64,000 nt of DNA from a virus (taxonomy: Duplodnaviria > Caudoviricetes), in the IMG/VR virus record IMGVR_UViG_3300021254_001514, positions 1 through 64,000 of that record; one strand, written 5' to 3'. Each line of letters starts with the position of its first letter. Within the stretch, counting starts at the first letter, position 1. A program made the translations under genes and the position numbers. Below are positions 56,606 to 63,781 of the stretch, piece by piece. Below the pieces are notes generated by a model that was given only the letters and a program-made list of their open reading frames with translations, was not told where the DNA came from and searched no databases.

Positions 56606-56725
56606 ATGTGTATAATGGATGGAGTTGTAATTGCAGGTTGTGCTTTTGGATTATATATAATTGCCCTTATTGATGAAGGAATTAAGCAATTCAAAAAGAG
56701 GTTAAATGAAAAGAGAGGAAAATAA
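56606..56725 (+). CDS. 39-aa membrane peptide
   Basis: AAGGAG RBS; MCIMDGVVIAGCAFGLYIIALIDEG... Confidence 0.65.
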   Translation: MCIMDGVVIAGCAFGLYIIALIDEGIKQFKKRLNEKRGK

Positions 56726-56726
56726 A

Positions 56727-56921
56727 ATGGAAAATGTTCATATAAGATATGAGGGCGATTTATTTCTCACAGGACTTGCGCTTTTATTTATTGCACTAAA
56801 ATTGTGTGGCGTTATTCATTGGTCGTGGTTGTGGGTTCTTTCACCACTTTGGATTCCTTTTGGATTGATAGTTATATTTATCTTAGTTATTTTAGTTTGT
56901 AAAATTATAAAAAAGGGTTGA
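56727..56921 (+). CDS. Small membrane protein, paralogue of 60836..61051
   Basis: LKLCGVIHWSWLWVLSPLW. Confidence 0.8.
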   Translation: MENVHIRYEGDLFLTGLALLFIALKLCGVIHWSWLWVLSPLWIPFGLIVIFILVILVCKIIKKG

Positions 56922-56974
56922 CAAAACAAAAGTAGTGTGATATAATAAAGAAAAAAAGAAAGAGAGGATTTCAT

Positions 56975-57037
56975 ATGGCATTTATTTTCGTTTTCATCTA
57001 TTTTTCTGCATTATTCGTTGTAGCAAAAGAGGATTGA
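56975..57037 (+). CDS. 20-aa hydrophobic micro-ORF
   Basis: Own promoter (56918) and GAGAGGA RBS; MAFIFVFIYFSALFVVAKED. Confidence 0.45.
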   Translation: MAFIFVFIYFSALFVVAKED

Positions 57038-57048
57038 AGGAAAAAAAC

Positions 57049-57387
57049 AAAATCAAGAAAATTTAAGAAAAATGATTGACAACTTGAATTATATATGATA
57101 TAATTAAATCAGAAAAACGGAAAGACTTGCATCCAGTGGTTCGATGAAGATGGAAAATTTACTGGAAAAATTGAATGGGTATAGAGGGAAGAATATGAAA
57201 GATATAATTAAAAGAGAAACAGTAAAAGATTATACTTCTTGGGATTTAAACGCAAAATGTGTCAGAGTAAAAAATAGACAGGAACTTGAATCTAAATTCA
57301 AGAGAAAAGCAAGAAGAAAAAATCGAGAAAATTTAAGAAAAATGGTTGACAACTTGAATTATATATGATATAATTAAATCAGAAAAA
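57049..57387 (+). repeat. 69-bp promoter-containing direct repeat (57049-57117 / 57319-57387)
   Basis: Two mismatches; period exactly 270 bp. Confidence 0.92.
57195..57368 (+). CDS. Basic hypothetical protein
   Basis: GAGGG RBS before ATG 57195; the C-terminus is encoded by the second repeat copy. Confidence 0.65.
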   Translation: MKDIIKRETVKDYTSWDLNAKCVRVKNRQELESKFKRKARRKNRENLRKMVDNLNYI

Positions 57388-57406
57388 AAGAAAGAGAGGA
57401 ATTTAT

Positions 57407-57616
57407 ATGGAATGGACAAAATGGTTTTCTGTTGATGAGAGGTTGCCAGTATCAGGTGACACCGTGCTTGCGTATGATGGTTCAGATATGTTTGTAGCGT
57501 GGTGTTTTATTGACACTGATGAAAACTGCGTGCGATGGCATAGTTTTGATTCCAATTTCGATAAAGATACACCGATAATAAAATGGATGCCATTACCAGA
57601 CCCACATGAAGACTGA
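57407..57616 (+). CDS. DUF551-like protein
   Basis: WFSVDERLP...VLAY...IIKWMPLPDP. Confidence 0.8.
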   Translation: MEWTKWFSVDERLPVSGDTVLAYDGSDMFVAWCFIDTDENCVRWHSFDSNFDKDTPIIKWMPLPDPHED

Positions 57617-57822
57617 AAAATAAATAGTATAGATGGGCGCAAATGTATGTTTGCGCCTTTTTGTGGTCTTGAGTGCAAACGTCCTTTAATTATAGTTAGA
57701 CGTGTCTAACTTTTACCCGGGCGAGGTTAAGCGAGTCTAACTAAAATTAAATAAAAAAATACTTGACAAAACAAACTAAATGTGATAATATATAATCAGA
57801 AAAGGAAAGAGAGGTAATAAAA

Positions 57823-58131
57823 ATGATTAATATTAGAACACTTAGAAAAATTTCTGATAATGGCGGTCTCACTCTTAAGAATGGCAAACCGATTTCCTAT
57901 AAAAGCGGATGGCAAGTAGCAACCGAAGGAATCGAAACTACAGATATTCTTGAAGCGATGAAAGCAATTAAAGGATATAAGGGAAATTGCGGAATTTGGT
58001 TCTCTGATGGAATCTGGTACATAGATAAAAGTAAAAGAGTAGATACAAAGCGCGAAGCCATGGAGATTGGGCGCAAGTGCAATCAGATTTCTATTCTTAG
58101 ATGGCGCGATATGGGTTTGGCGTACTGCTAA
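57823..58131 (+). CDS. Hypothetical protein
   Basis: Own promoter, GAGAGG RBS, and a stop inside hairpin 58107-58141. Confidence 0.8.
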   Translation: MINIRTLRKISDNGGLTLKNGKPISYKSGWQVATEGIETTDILEAMKAIKGYKGNCGIWFSDGIWYIDKSKRVDTKREAMEIGRKCNQISILRWRDMGLAYC

Positions 58132-58255
58132 ACCCATATCGAATATTCGTTTTTTTTGCCCGGGCGCCACGTAGTTAGACGAGACTAACTAAAATTAAAT
58201 AAAAATTTTTTTAAAAGGGGTTGACAAACCATAAACTCCGTGCTATAATGTATAC

Positions 58256-58465
58256 ATAAGGTGAGAGATGGCAGAACGAGAGAAGGTCACAAGTCGACCG
58301 TATAAGACCATTTGACGAAAGTCCCCACCACCGCAAGCCGAAGTCCAACTTTGCGGTATATAAATGTGAGGCAACAGCGCACGCTCTTGGAAGTGCGAGG
58401 GTGGTTGGATTGAGAGAAAATGAGTTCGAGAGGTTTATCCCTCTCGGACTCGGCGCCCGGGCGCC
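58256..58465 (+). ncRNA. Structured ncRNA candidate with a pseudoknot
   Basis: Consensus promoter at 58221; no long + strand ORF (a 15-codon ORF at 58268); several stems, a GAAA tetraloop and an 8-bp loop-tail pairing. Confidence 0.6.
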
Positions 58466-58578
58466 GTTTTGTTATTTTGCACAAAAATAAAATCAATTTT
58501 TGTATATTTTTTTTCTTGACTTTTTATATATTAAGTGATATAATATATACATAAGATAAAGAAAAGGAGAAAAACAAA

Positions 58579-58683
58579 ATGGCAATCATTAAACTTGACG
58601 GTTATGTAATCGGTACGGAAAGAATTGAAGAAATCAACATAAGAGAACTTGAAGAAAATGGTTTCGTTGTTGTTATAAAGTAA
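58579..58683 (+). CDS. 34-aa hypothetical protein (MAIIKLDGYVIGTE...)
   Basis: Own promoter and AAGGAG RBS. Confidence 0.7.
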   Translation: MAIIKLDGYVIGTERIEEINIRELEENGFVVVIK

Positions 58684-58731
58684 AACGTATGTATTAAATA
58701 TAATAATAATAACTGAAAGGTAGGAGAAAAT

Positions 58732-58926
58732 ATGAAAGTTGAACTTATTTATTCCACTAAAGTAACTGTTTACTTTGATGACCTTTTTGAAAGAACAATG
58801 ACAGGAACTCTTGGAGAAATTCTTGATGAAGTAAAACTTTTAATGAGAGGATATAATTTTTCAAAGAGTGAACTTGTAGATGGTTTTACTGGTGAAATTA
58901 TAGCCATTGTTAAAACAGAAGTTTAG
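58732..58926 (+). CDS. Hypothetical protein
   Basis: AGGAG RBS; stop inside hairpin 58916-58949. Confidence 0.8.
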   Translation: MKVELIYSTKVTVYFDDLFERTMTGTLGEILDEVKLLMRGYNFSKSELVDGFTGEIIAIVKTEV

Positions 58927-59069
58927 TGCTTTAATGCACTAAATTTCTGCCCGGGCGCGCCGTCATTTTGCACAAAAAAAGACAAGAATTTTGTACACTT
59001 TTTTTTCTTGACAAATAAATAAAAATATGATAATATAATTATAGAAAATAAAGGAAAGGCGGTAAGGAT

Positions 59070-59504
59070 ATGGTAAAGGAAATTTGGTTTGATATGGACG
59101 GAACAATCGCAAATCTGTATGGTGTTGATGGTTGGCTTGATATGCTTATCGCTCAGGATTCTACACCCTATGAAGTAGCCGCTCCTATGGTGCGCATGGC
59201 AACGCTGGCAAGGTTGTTGAATCGTCTACAGAGACAGGGTTATAAAATTGGAGTTATCTCTTGGCTGAGCAAAACTTCCACCCCCGAATATGATAAAGCT
59301 GTCACAAAAGCAAAAAGAGCTTGGCTTGCAAAGCATTTAAAAAGCGTAAGGTTCGATAGAATAGATATAGTAAAATACGGTACACCAAAACAGAAAGGTA
59401 GAAACGGAATCCTGTTTGATGACGAAAAGCCGAATCGTGAAAACTGGAACGGCACTGCCTACAATGTAGACAACATTATCGAGGTATTGAAGGGGCTTGC
59501 ATAG
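59070..59504 (+). CDS. HAD-superfamily phosphatase (5'-nucleotidase-like)
   Basis: WFDMDGT, ISW, K, and ILFDD motifs. Confidence 0.85.
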   Translation: MVKEIWFDMDGTIANLYGVDGWLDMLIAQDSTPYEVAAPMVRMATLARLLNRLQRQGYKIGVISWLSKTSTPEYDKAVTKAKRAWLAKHLKSVRFDRIDIVKYGTPKQKGRNGILFDDEKPNRENWNGTAYNVDNIIEVLKGLA

Positions 59505-59547
59505 CCCTTTCTTTCAATGCGCCCGGGCGAACTTGTTCACCCGAGTT

Positions 59548-59576
59548 ATTATAACACATTGGGAGAGATTTGTCAA
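59548..59576 (-). promoter_or_regulatory. Antisense (leftward) sigma-A promoter 1
   Basis: Minus strand TTGACA-17-TATAAT. Confidence 0.8.
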
Positions 59577-59716
59577 TAGGCAATTCATACAAATATTTTC
59601 TATAAAATTTGTGTATTCTGACATATTGCATTTTCATAAAACTTGTGATATACTTTAATTACAGTAAAGGAAGAAGATAAAGTTAAATATTATTATGAAA
59701 CATGGAGGTATTGATT

Positions 59717-59929
59717 ATGTATATTATTACTGTATTAACTTCTGGGAAGTACCATAATGTAACACTTGGTCATCGGGTTGCTTTTACTCGATTTGGTTTA
59801 AAATATATGACAAATAACTTCTATGAATGTGATTGTAGTTTTACAGTAGAAAAAACCTTTAAATTACATAATTTAGTCTTTGGAACGAAATTAATTTATT
59901 TCAGAAAGGCAAAACGAGAGTACAAGTAA
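59717..59929 (+). CDS. Hypothetical protein
   Basis: GGAGG RBS before ATG 59717. Confidence 0.75.
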   Translation: MYIITVLTSGKYHNVTLGHRVAFTRFGLKYMTNNFYECDCSFTVEKTFKLHNLVFGTKLIYFRKAKREYK

Positions 59930-59965
59930 TCGTCCTCTCGGGCGCGCAAGCGTCCGCGCCCGGGC

Positions 59966-59995
59966 ATTTTATCACAGGAAAGGAGTGTTTGTCAA
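59966..59995 (-). promoter_or_regulatory. Antisense promoter 2
   Basis: Minus strand TTGACA-18-TAAAAT with extended TG. Confidence 0.65.
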
Positions 59996-60116
59996 GAGAA
60001 AATTTTAAGAAAAAATAAAAATTTTTTTGAAGTTTTTTCTTGACAAATTTTAGATTTTTTGATATAATTTAATTACAGAAAGGGAAAAAATCCCATAAAT
60101 AGAAAGGAGAATATAA

Positions 60117-60353
60117 ATGTATATTGATGAAACAGCAAAAATGGAAGCTTATTTTAATGATCGAGAAAAGGAATCTTTTATTGATACTATTGGAATCCTT
60201 GAAAAATTAATTGACAAAATGATAGACTATGAACGTCGTTATATTGAATATGATAATTATGATGATGATGGTTATAATGCTTATAGTATTGTAACAATTA
60301 AAGATGTAAAAGAAACACTTGAAAATATTAAAGAGATGAATTTTATTTATTAA
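60117..60353 (+). CDS. Acidic hypothetical protein
   Basis: Own promoter and AAGGAG RBS. Confidence 0.8.
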   Translation: MYIDETAKMEAYFNDREKESFIDTIGILEKLIDKMIDYERRYIEYDNYDDDGYNAYSIVTIKDVKETLENIKEMNFIY

Positions 60354-60369
60354 AGAAAGGAAAACAAAA

Positions 60370-60600
60370 ATGAAATGTTATATGGTATATGTAGACAAAG
60401 TTAATTATAATGAATACGATGCTTGTATTGTGTTGGCTGATTCCGAAGAAGAAGTTCGTAGTATGTTTAAAAAAGAAGAATCTTATGAATATATTCCTGG
60501 AATAGAAGAGGATGTTTACTTTTATAACTATCAAGGAAAAATTCATATAGAAGAAGTAACAGAAAAAGGTTTGGTTCTTGCAAGTTTTAATGCAGGATAA
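60370..60600 (+). CDS. Hypothetical protein, paralogue of 9656..9862
   Basis: Shared motif described for 9656..9862; AAGGA RBS. Confidence 0.8.
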   Translation: MKCYMVYVDKVNYNEYDACIVLADSEEEVRSMFKKEESYEYIPGIEEDVYFYNYQGKIHIEEVTEKGLVLASFNAG

Positions 60601-60673
60601 ATGAAAGGAGAAGAATAAAATTTTAATACCGAGAAGGCGCACCCTTCTCGGGTGTGCTTTGCACACCCGAGTA

Positions 60674-60703
60674 ATTATACCGCCCGGGGTGCAACTTTGT
60701 CAA
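60674..60703 (-). promoter_or_regulatory. Antisense promoter 3
   Basis: Minus strand TTGACA-18-TATAAT. Confidence 0.7.
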
Positions 60704-60835
60704 TAGGAAAACTTCACAAATTTATAAAAAATATTTTGTTTATTTTGTCTATTGCCTTTTTTTTATATTGTGATATACTATAATTACCGAAAGGGAAGAA
60801 AACAAAAACACACAAAAAGAAAAGGAGAGAGTAAA

Positions 60836-61051
60836 ATGAAAAATAATAATACAAAAAGAGTAGGTCTTGGTTTCTTTGATGCTTTAACAATCGTATTCAT
60901 TGTATTAAAACTTTGTGGCGTAATTACTTGGTCATGGGTATGGGTACTGGCGCCACTGTGGGGACAGATTGCAATAATTTTACTAATTGTAATTATTGGT
61001 GTTTCTATCGTATTGATAAGGGACAGAAGATGCAATGGAATGTTTTTTTAA
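60836..61051 (+). CDS. Small membrane protein, paralogue of 56727..56921
   Basis: LKLCGVITWSWVWVLAPLW; AAGGAG RBS. Confidence 0.8.
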   Translation: MKNNNTKRVGLGFFDALTIVFIVLKLCGVITWSWVWVLAPLWGQIAIILLIVIIGVSIVLIRDRRCNGMFF

Positions 61052-61200
61052 GTAAGACATGGAGAGTGAAAAAATGTTTGCTTTCTTAATTGTCGTAACA
61101 GACGAAAAACAAAAATAAAAAACCTTTTCCTTCCTTAAAAAAGAGTAGAGATTTTTCTCTACTCTTTTCCTTTTCTCGAGCGTGCGCGCACGCCCGAGCA

Positions 61201-61229
61201 ATTATACTACTTCGCGCCGGATATGTCAA
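61201..61229 (-). promoter_or_regulatory. Antisense promoter 4
   Basis: Minus strand TTGACA-17-TATAAT. Confidence 0.8.
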
Positions 61230-61335
61230 TAGTAAATTTTAACAAAAATTTTTTATTTCTTTGTGCAAAATTTTACTTGACTTTTTTTCTCTTTTCTGAT
61301 ATAGTATATATAGAAAGAGAAAGGAGATTTCTAAA

Positions 61336-61572
61336 ATGAGAGAATTTTTCTGTATCGAAGAACCTTATACTTTCGAGGTCATGGATTTATTTTCCGTCAT
61401 CACTGTATTAAACGTGGTTTTAGTTCTTGTAGGTCTTTGGTGGGCGCCAATTATCGGACTTGTAAATTGTGCTTTAAACATTCTGTACAGTGTAAAGCAT
61501 AAAAGTCATATAAATGGTTATGTGATGCAGATTGCACTCATTGTATTAAATAGTTATTTTTTAACTTTATAA
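61336..61572 (+). CDS. Small membrane protein
   Basis: AAGGAG RBS; two to three hydrophobic segments. Confidence 0.8.
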   Translation: MREFFCIEEPYTFEVMDLFSVITVLNVVLVLVGLWWAPIIGLVNCALNILYSVKHKSHINGYVMQIALIVLNSYFLTL

Positions 61573-61775
61573 AAAAGTTCTTGACTTTTTAACTTTTATA
61601 GTATATAATATAATTACAAAGTTAAGGAAAGGCTTTTAAAACTTCTGATAAAACCCCATAGGAGTGTGTAAGGAAGTCAAGGTGCGCACAGGGTTGAAAA
61701 AATCTTTTTAAAAGGGTCTTGACAAACCTTTCCTACTTTGATATAATAAAGAAAAAAGAAAGCGAGGATTTAAAA

Positions 61776-61988
61776 ATGACAGAGTGGTACAATTTCCTTT
61801 ATGAAATCGTTGGAGAAGAAAGCGACCTTTGCGGAGAAGAATTTCTCGTTGCGGTTAATGTACCTTGGGAAAATGCGCAAGATTATGCAAATGGTATTGC
61901 AAGAACATCATTTCCCAATGAAGAAATCAGAGGTTATGGTTATGTAACCGAAGAAGAAGCGGAAATGATGGGACTTGATACATACTAA
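61776..61988 (+). CDS. Acidic hypothetical protein
   Basis: GAGGA RBS before ATG 61776; own promoter. Confidence 0.8.
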   Translation: MTEWYNFLYEIVGEESDLCGEEFLVAVNVPWENAQDYANGIARTSFPNEEIRGYGYVTEEEAEMMGLDTY

Positions 61989-62061
61989 AAAGAAAAGGAC
62001 TTAACAAAAGTTAAGTCCCTTTAACTTTACCCGGGCGCGGCGGATTAAGGCATAATCTTAT

Positions 62062-62090
62062 ATTATATCATATTATTTCTTTCTTGTCAA
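62062..62090 (-). promoter_or_regulatory. Antisense promoter 5
   Basis: Minus strand TTGACA-17-TATAAT with extended TG. Confidence 0.8.
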
Positions 62091-62209
62091 TAGGCAAATT
62101 ACACAAATTTTTCTTTTTATTTTTGTCACTTTGTATATTGCAATTTTTATAAAATAGTAGTAATATAATATATGAAAGGTGAGGGAAGTCTGGCGACTAT
62201 CCCAAAACC

Positions 62210-62435
62210 CTTCAAAAAAAAGTTAAAAAAACTCTTGACAAACTCCTTAAAATCTGATATAATAAAGATACAAAAGAGGTCAAGAAAAACTTCTTAAAAA
62301 AGTTAAAAAAAGACTTGACAACTCTTTAAGAATCTGATATAATAAAGGTACAAAAAGAGAAAAGCCTTTAAAAAACTTCTTAAAAAAAGTTAAAAAAAGA
62401 CTTGACAAGCAACCGAAAAGGTGCTATAATAAAAG
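62210..62435 (+). repeat. Triplicated promoter unit (periods 80 and 87 bp)
   Basis: AAAAAAGTTAAAAAAA...CTTGACA-17-TATAATAAA three times. Confidence 0.9.
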
Positions 62436-62517
62436 TGTAAAAAGGAAGAGATAGGAACTCTTCCATAACAAATAAAAATTGCGCCCACTGCATAAGTGTG
62501 GGAGAAAGAGGTCTATT

Positions 62518-62871
62518 ATGACAAAGAGAATGTTTCTGGAAGCTGTAGTAAATGGTTCTGAGCTTACTGATGAGATGAGAGCTTTCGCTCGTGAGACTAT
62601 TGATAAGCTTGACGCTACAAATCGGTCTCGCTCCGCTAAGGTCGCTGAAAAGCGTGCTAAGGAAGATGCTCCGCTGATTGCAAAAATCATGGAGTACCTC
62701 GCCGCTAAGGGTACTGGTGCTACCGCATCTGAAATCGCTAAGGAAGTAGAGGTCTCTACCGCAAAGGCTTCCGCTCTGTGCGCAAAGCTTGAGCGTGAGG
62801 GTGAACTCGTCTCCTCCAAGGCTAAGGAGCGTGCGCCTAAGGTCTACGCTATTCCGTCTGATGCGGAATAA
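62518..62871 (+). CDS. Winged-HTH DNA-binding protein, probably highly expressed
   Basis: ATASEIAKEVEVSTAKASALCAKLEREGELV; GCT/AAG/CGT codon bias; GAGG RBS. Confidence 0.75.
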   Translation: MTKRMFLEAVVNGSELTDEMRAFARETIDKLDATNRSRSAKVAEKRAKEDAPLIAKIMEYLAAKGTGATASEIAKEVEVSTAKASALCAKLEREGELVSSKAKERAPKVYAIPSDAE

Positions 62872-62875
62872 TCCC

Positions 62876-62906
62876 AAAGGGGGAAAGGGTCTTTCGACCC
62901 TTTCCC
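62876..62906 (+). terminator. Hairpin after the wHTH gene
   Basis: GGGAAAGGGTC-tttc-GACCCTTTCCC. Confidence 0.65.
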
Positions 62907-63139
62907 AATAACTAAATAAAACTTGACAAAATTTAAAATTTATTATATAATAAATATAGAAAATGAAAGGGCGTAGACTATCTGCGCCCGGATAACTTCA
63001 TTTCATATTTGCCCGGGCGCGGTTAGACAAGTCTAACTAAAATTAAAGAAACTTTTTTAAAAAAGTTGTTGACTTTTTTCTTATTCTGTGGTAATATAAT
63101 ACTTGTAAGGAACAGAATAAACGAAAGAGAGGACTTAAA

Positions 63140-63781
63140 ATGAAAGTTATCGTTCTTGACACGGAGACTACTAACTCTATTGATGACCCCATCTGTTATG
63201 ATATTGGGTGGGCAGTAGTTGATCCTGAAACTGGAGAAATTTTTAAGACAAGAAGCTTTGCGGTAGCTGAGATTTTTCTTGATAAAGAGCTGATGAGCTA
63301 TGCGTATTTTGCTGATAAAATCCCCTCTTATTGGGATGAGATTAAACGTGGAGAACGGAAACTTGCTCGCCTCTATAATATTAGAAAGGCTTTACAAGCT
63401 GATTGCAAGAAATATTTCATTTCTGAAATTTATGCACACAACGCTCGATTTGATTATCGTTCGTGCAATCTCACGCAAAGATTTTTGACTTCTTCTAAAT
63501 ATCGTTATTTTTTCCCTTACGGAATAACGATTTGCGATACGCTAAAAATGGCAAGGGAAGCCTTCAAGAATTGCCCAGAATACTGCGATTTTTGTGAGAG
63601 AAATAACTATAAAACTGAGAAAGGACAAAACCGTTATACCGCTGAAATTCTTTATAGGTTTTTTACAGGTGATAATGATTTTATGGAAGAGCATAAAGGT
63701 CTTGATGATGTTAGAATTGAAAAAGAAATTTTAAAAGAATGCTTGCGAAGAGGTATTACAAAAAGTGCGCTTTGGTCTTGA
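63140..63781 (+). CDS. DEDDh 3'-5' exonuclease
   Basis: VLDTETT, YAHNARFD, CDTL, EEHKGLDD. Confidence 0.9.
   Translation: MKVIVLDTETTNSIDDPICYDIGWAVVDPETGEIFKTRSFAVAEIFLDKELMSYAYFADKIPSYWDEIKRGERKLARLYNIRKALQADCKKYFISEIYAHNARFDYRSCNLTQRFLTSSKYRYFFPYGITICDTLKMAREAFKNCPEYCDFCERNNYKTEKGQNRYTAEILYRFFTGDNDFMEEHKGLDDVRIEKEILKECLRRGITKSALWS

Noticed and set aside
57118-57150. GGTTCGAT T-loop-like sequence
   Set aside because: No cloverleaf stems; the segment reads better as a protein-coding remnant. No tRNA was recognised in the window.
58314-58380. GACGAAAGTCC and GCAACAG recall RNase P RNA conserved regions
   Set aside because: No P4 partner (..GGCTTA) was found and the RNA is too short; likely coincidence pending cmsearch.
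61643-61710. Hammerhead-like core CTGATAA-AACCC...GGGTT-GAAA
   Set aside because: The essential G8 is A, and stems I and III would be only 2-4 A-U pairs. A self-cleavage assay would settle it.
62030-62050. CGGGCGCGGCGGATT resembles the 3' half of type I-C CRISPR repeats (possible RNA anti-CRISPR)
   Set aside because: The 5' GTCGC and 3' GAAA ends are missing, and the other copies do not share the match.
62380-62877. Long minus-strand ORFs opposite the wHTH gene
   Set aside because: Antisense open frames are expected from the strong codon bias of the plus-strand gene, and they have no RBS or promoter.
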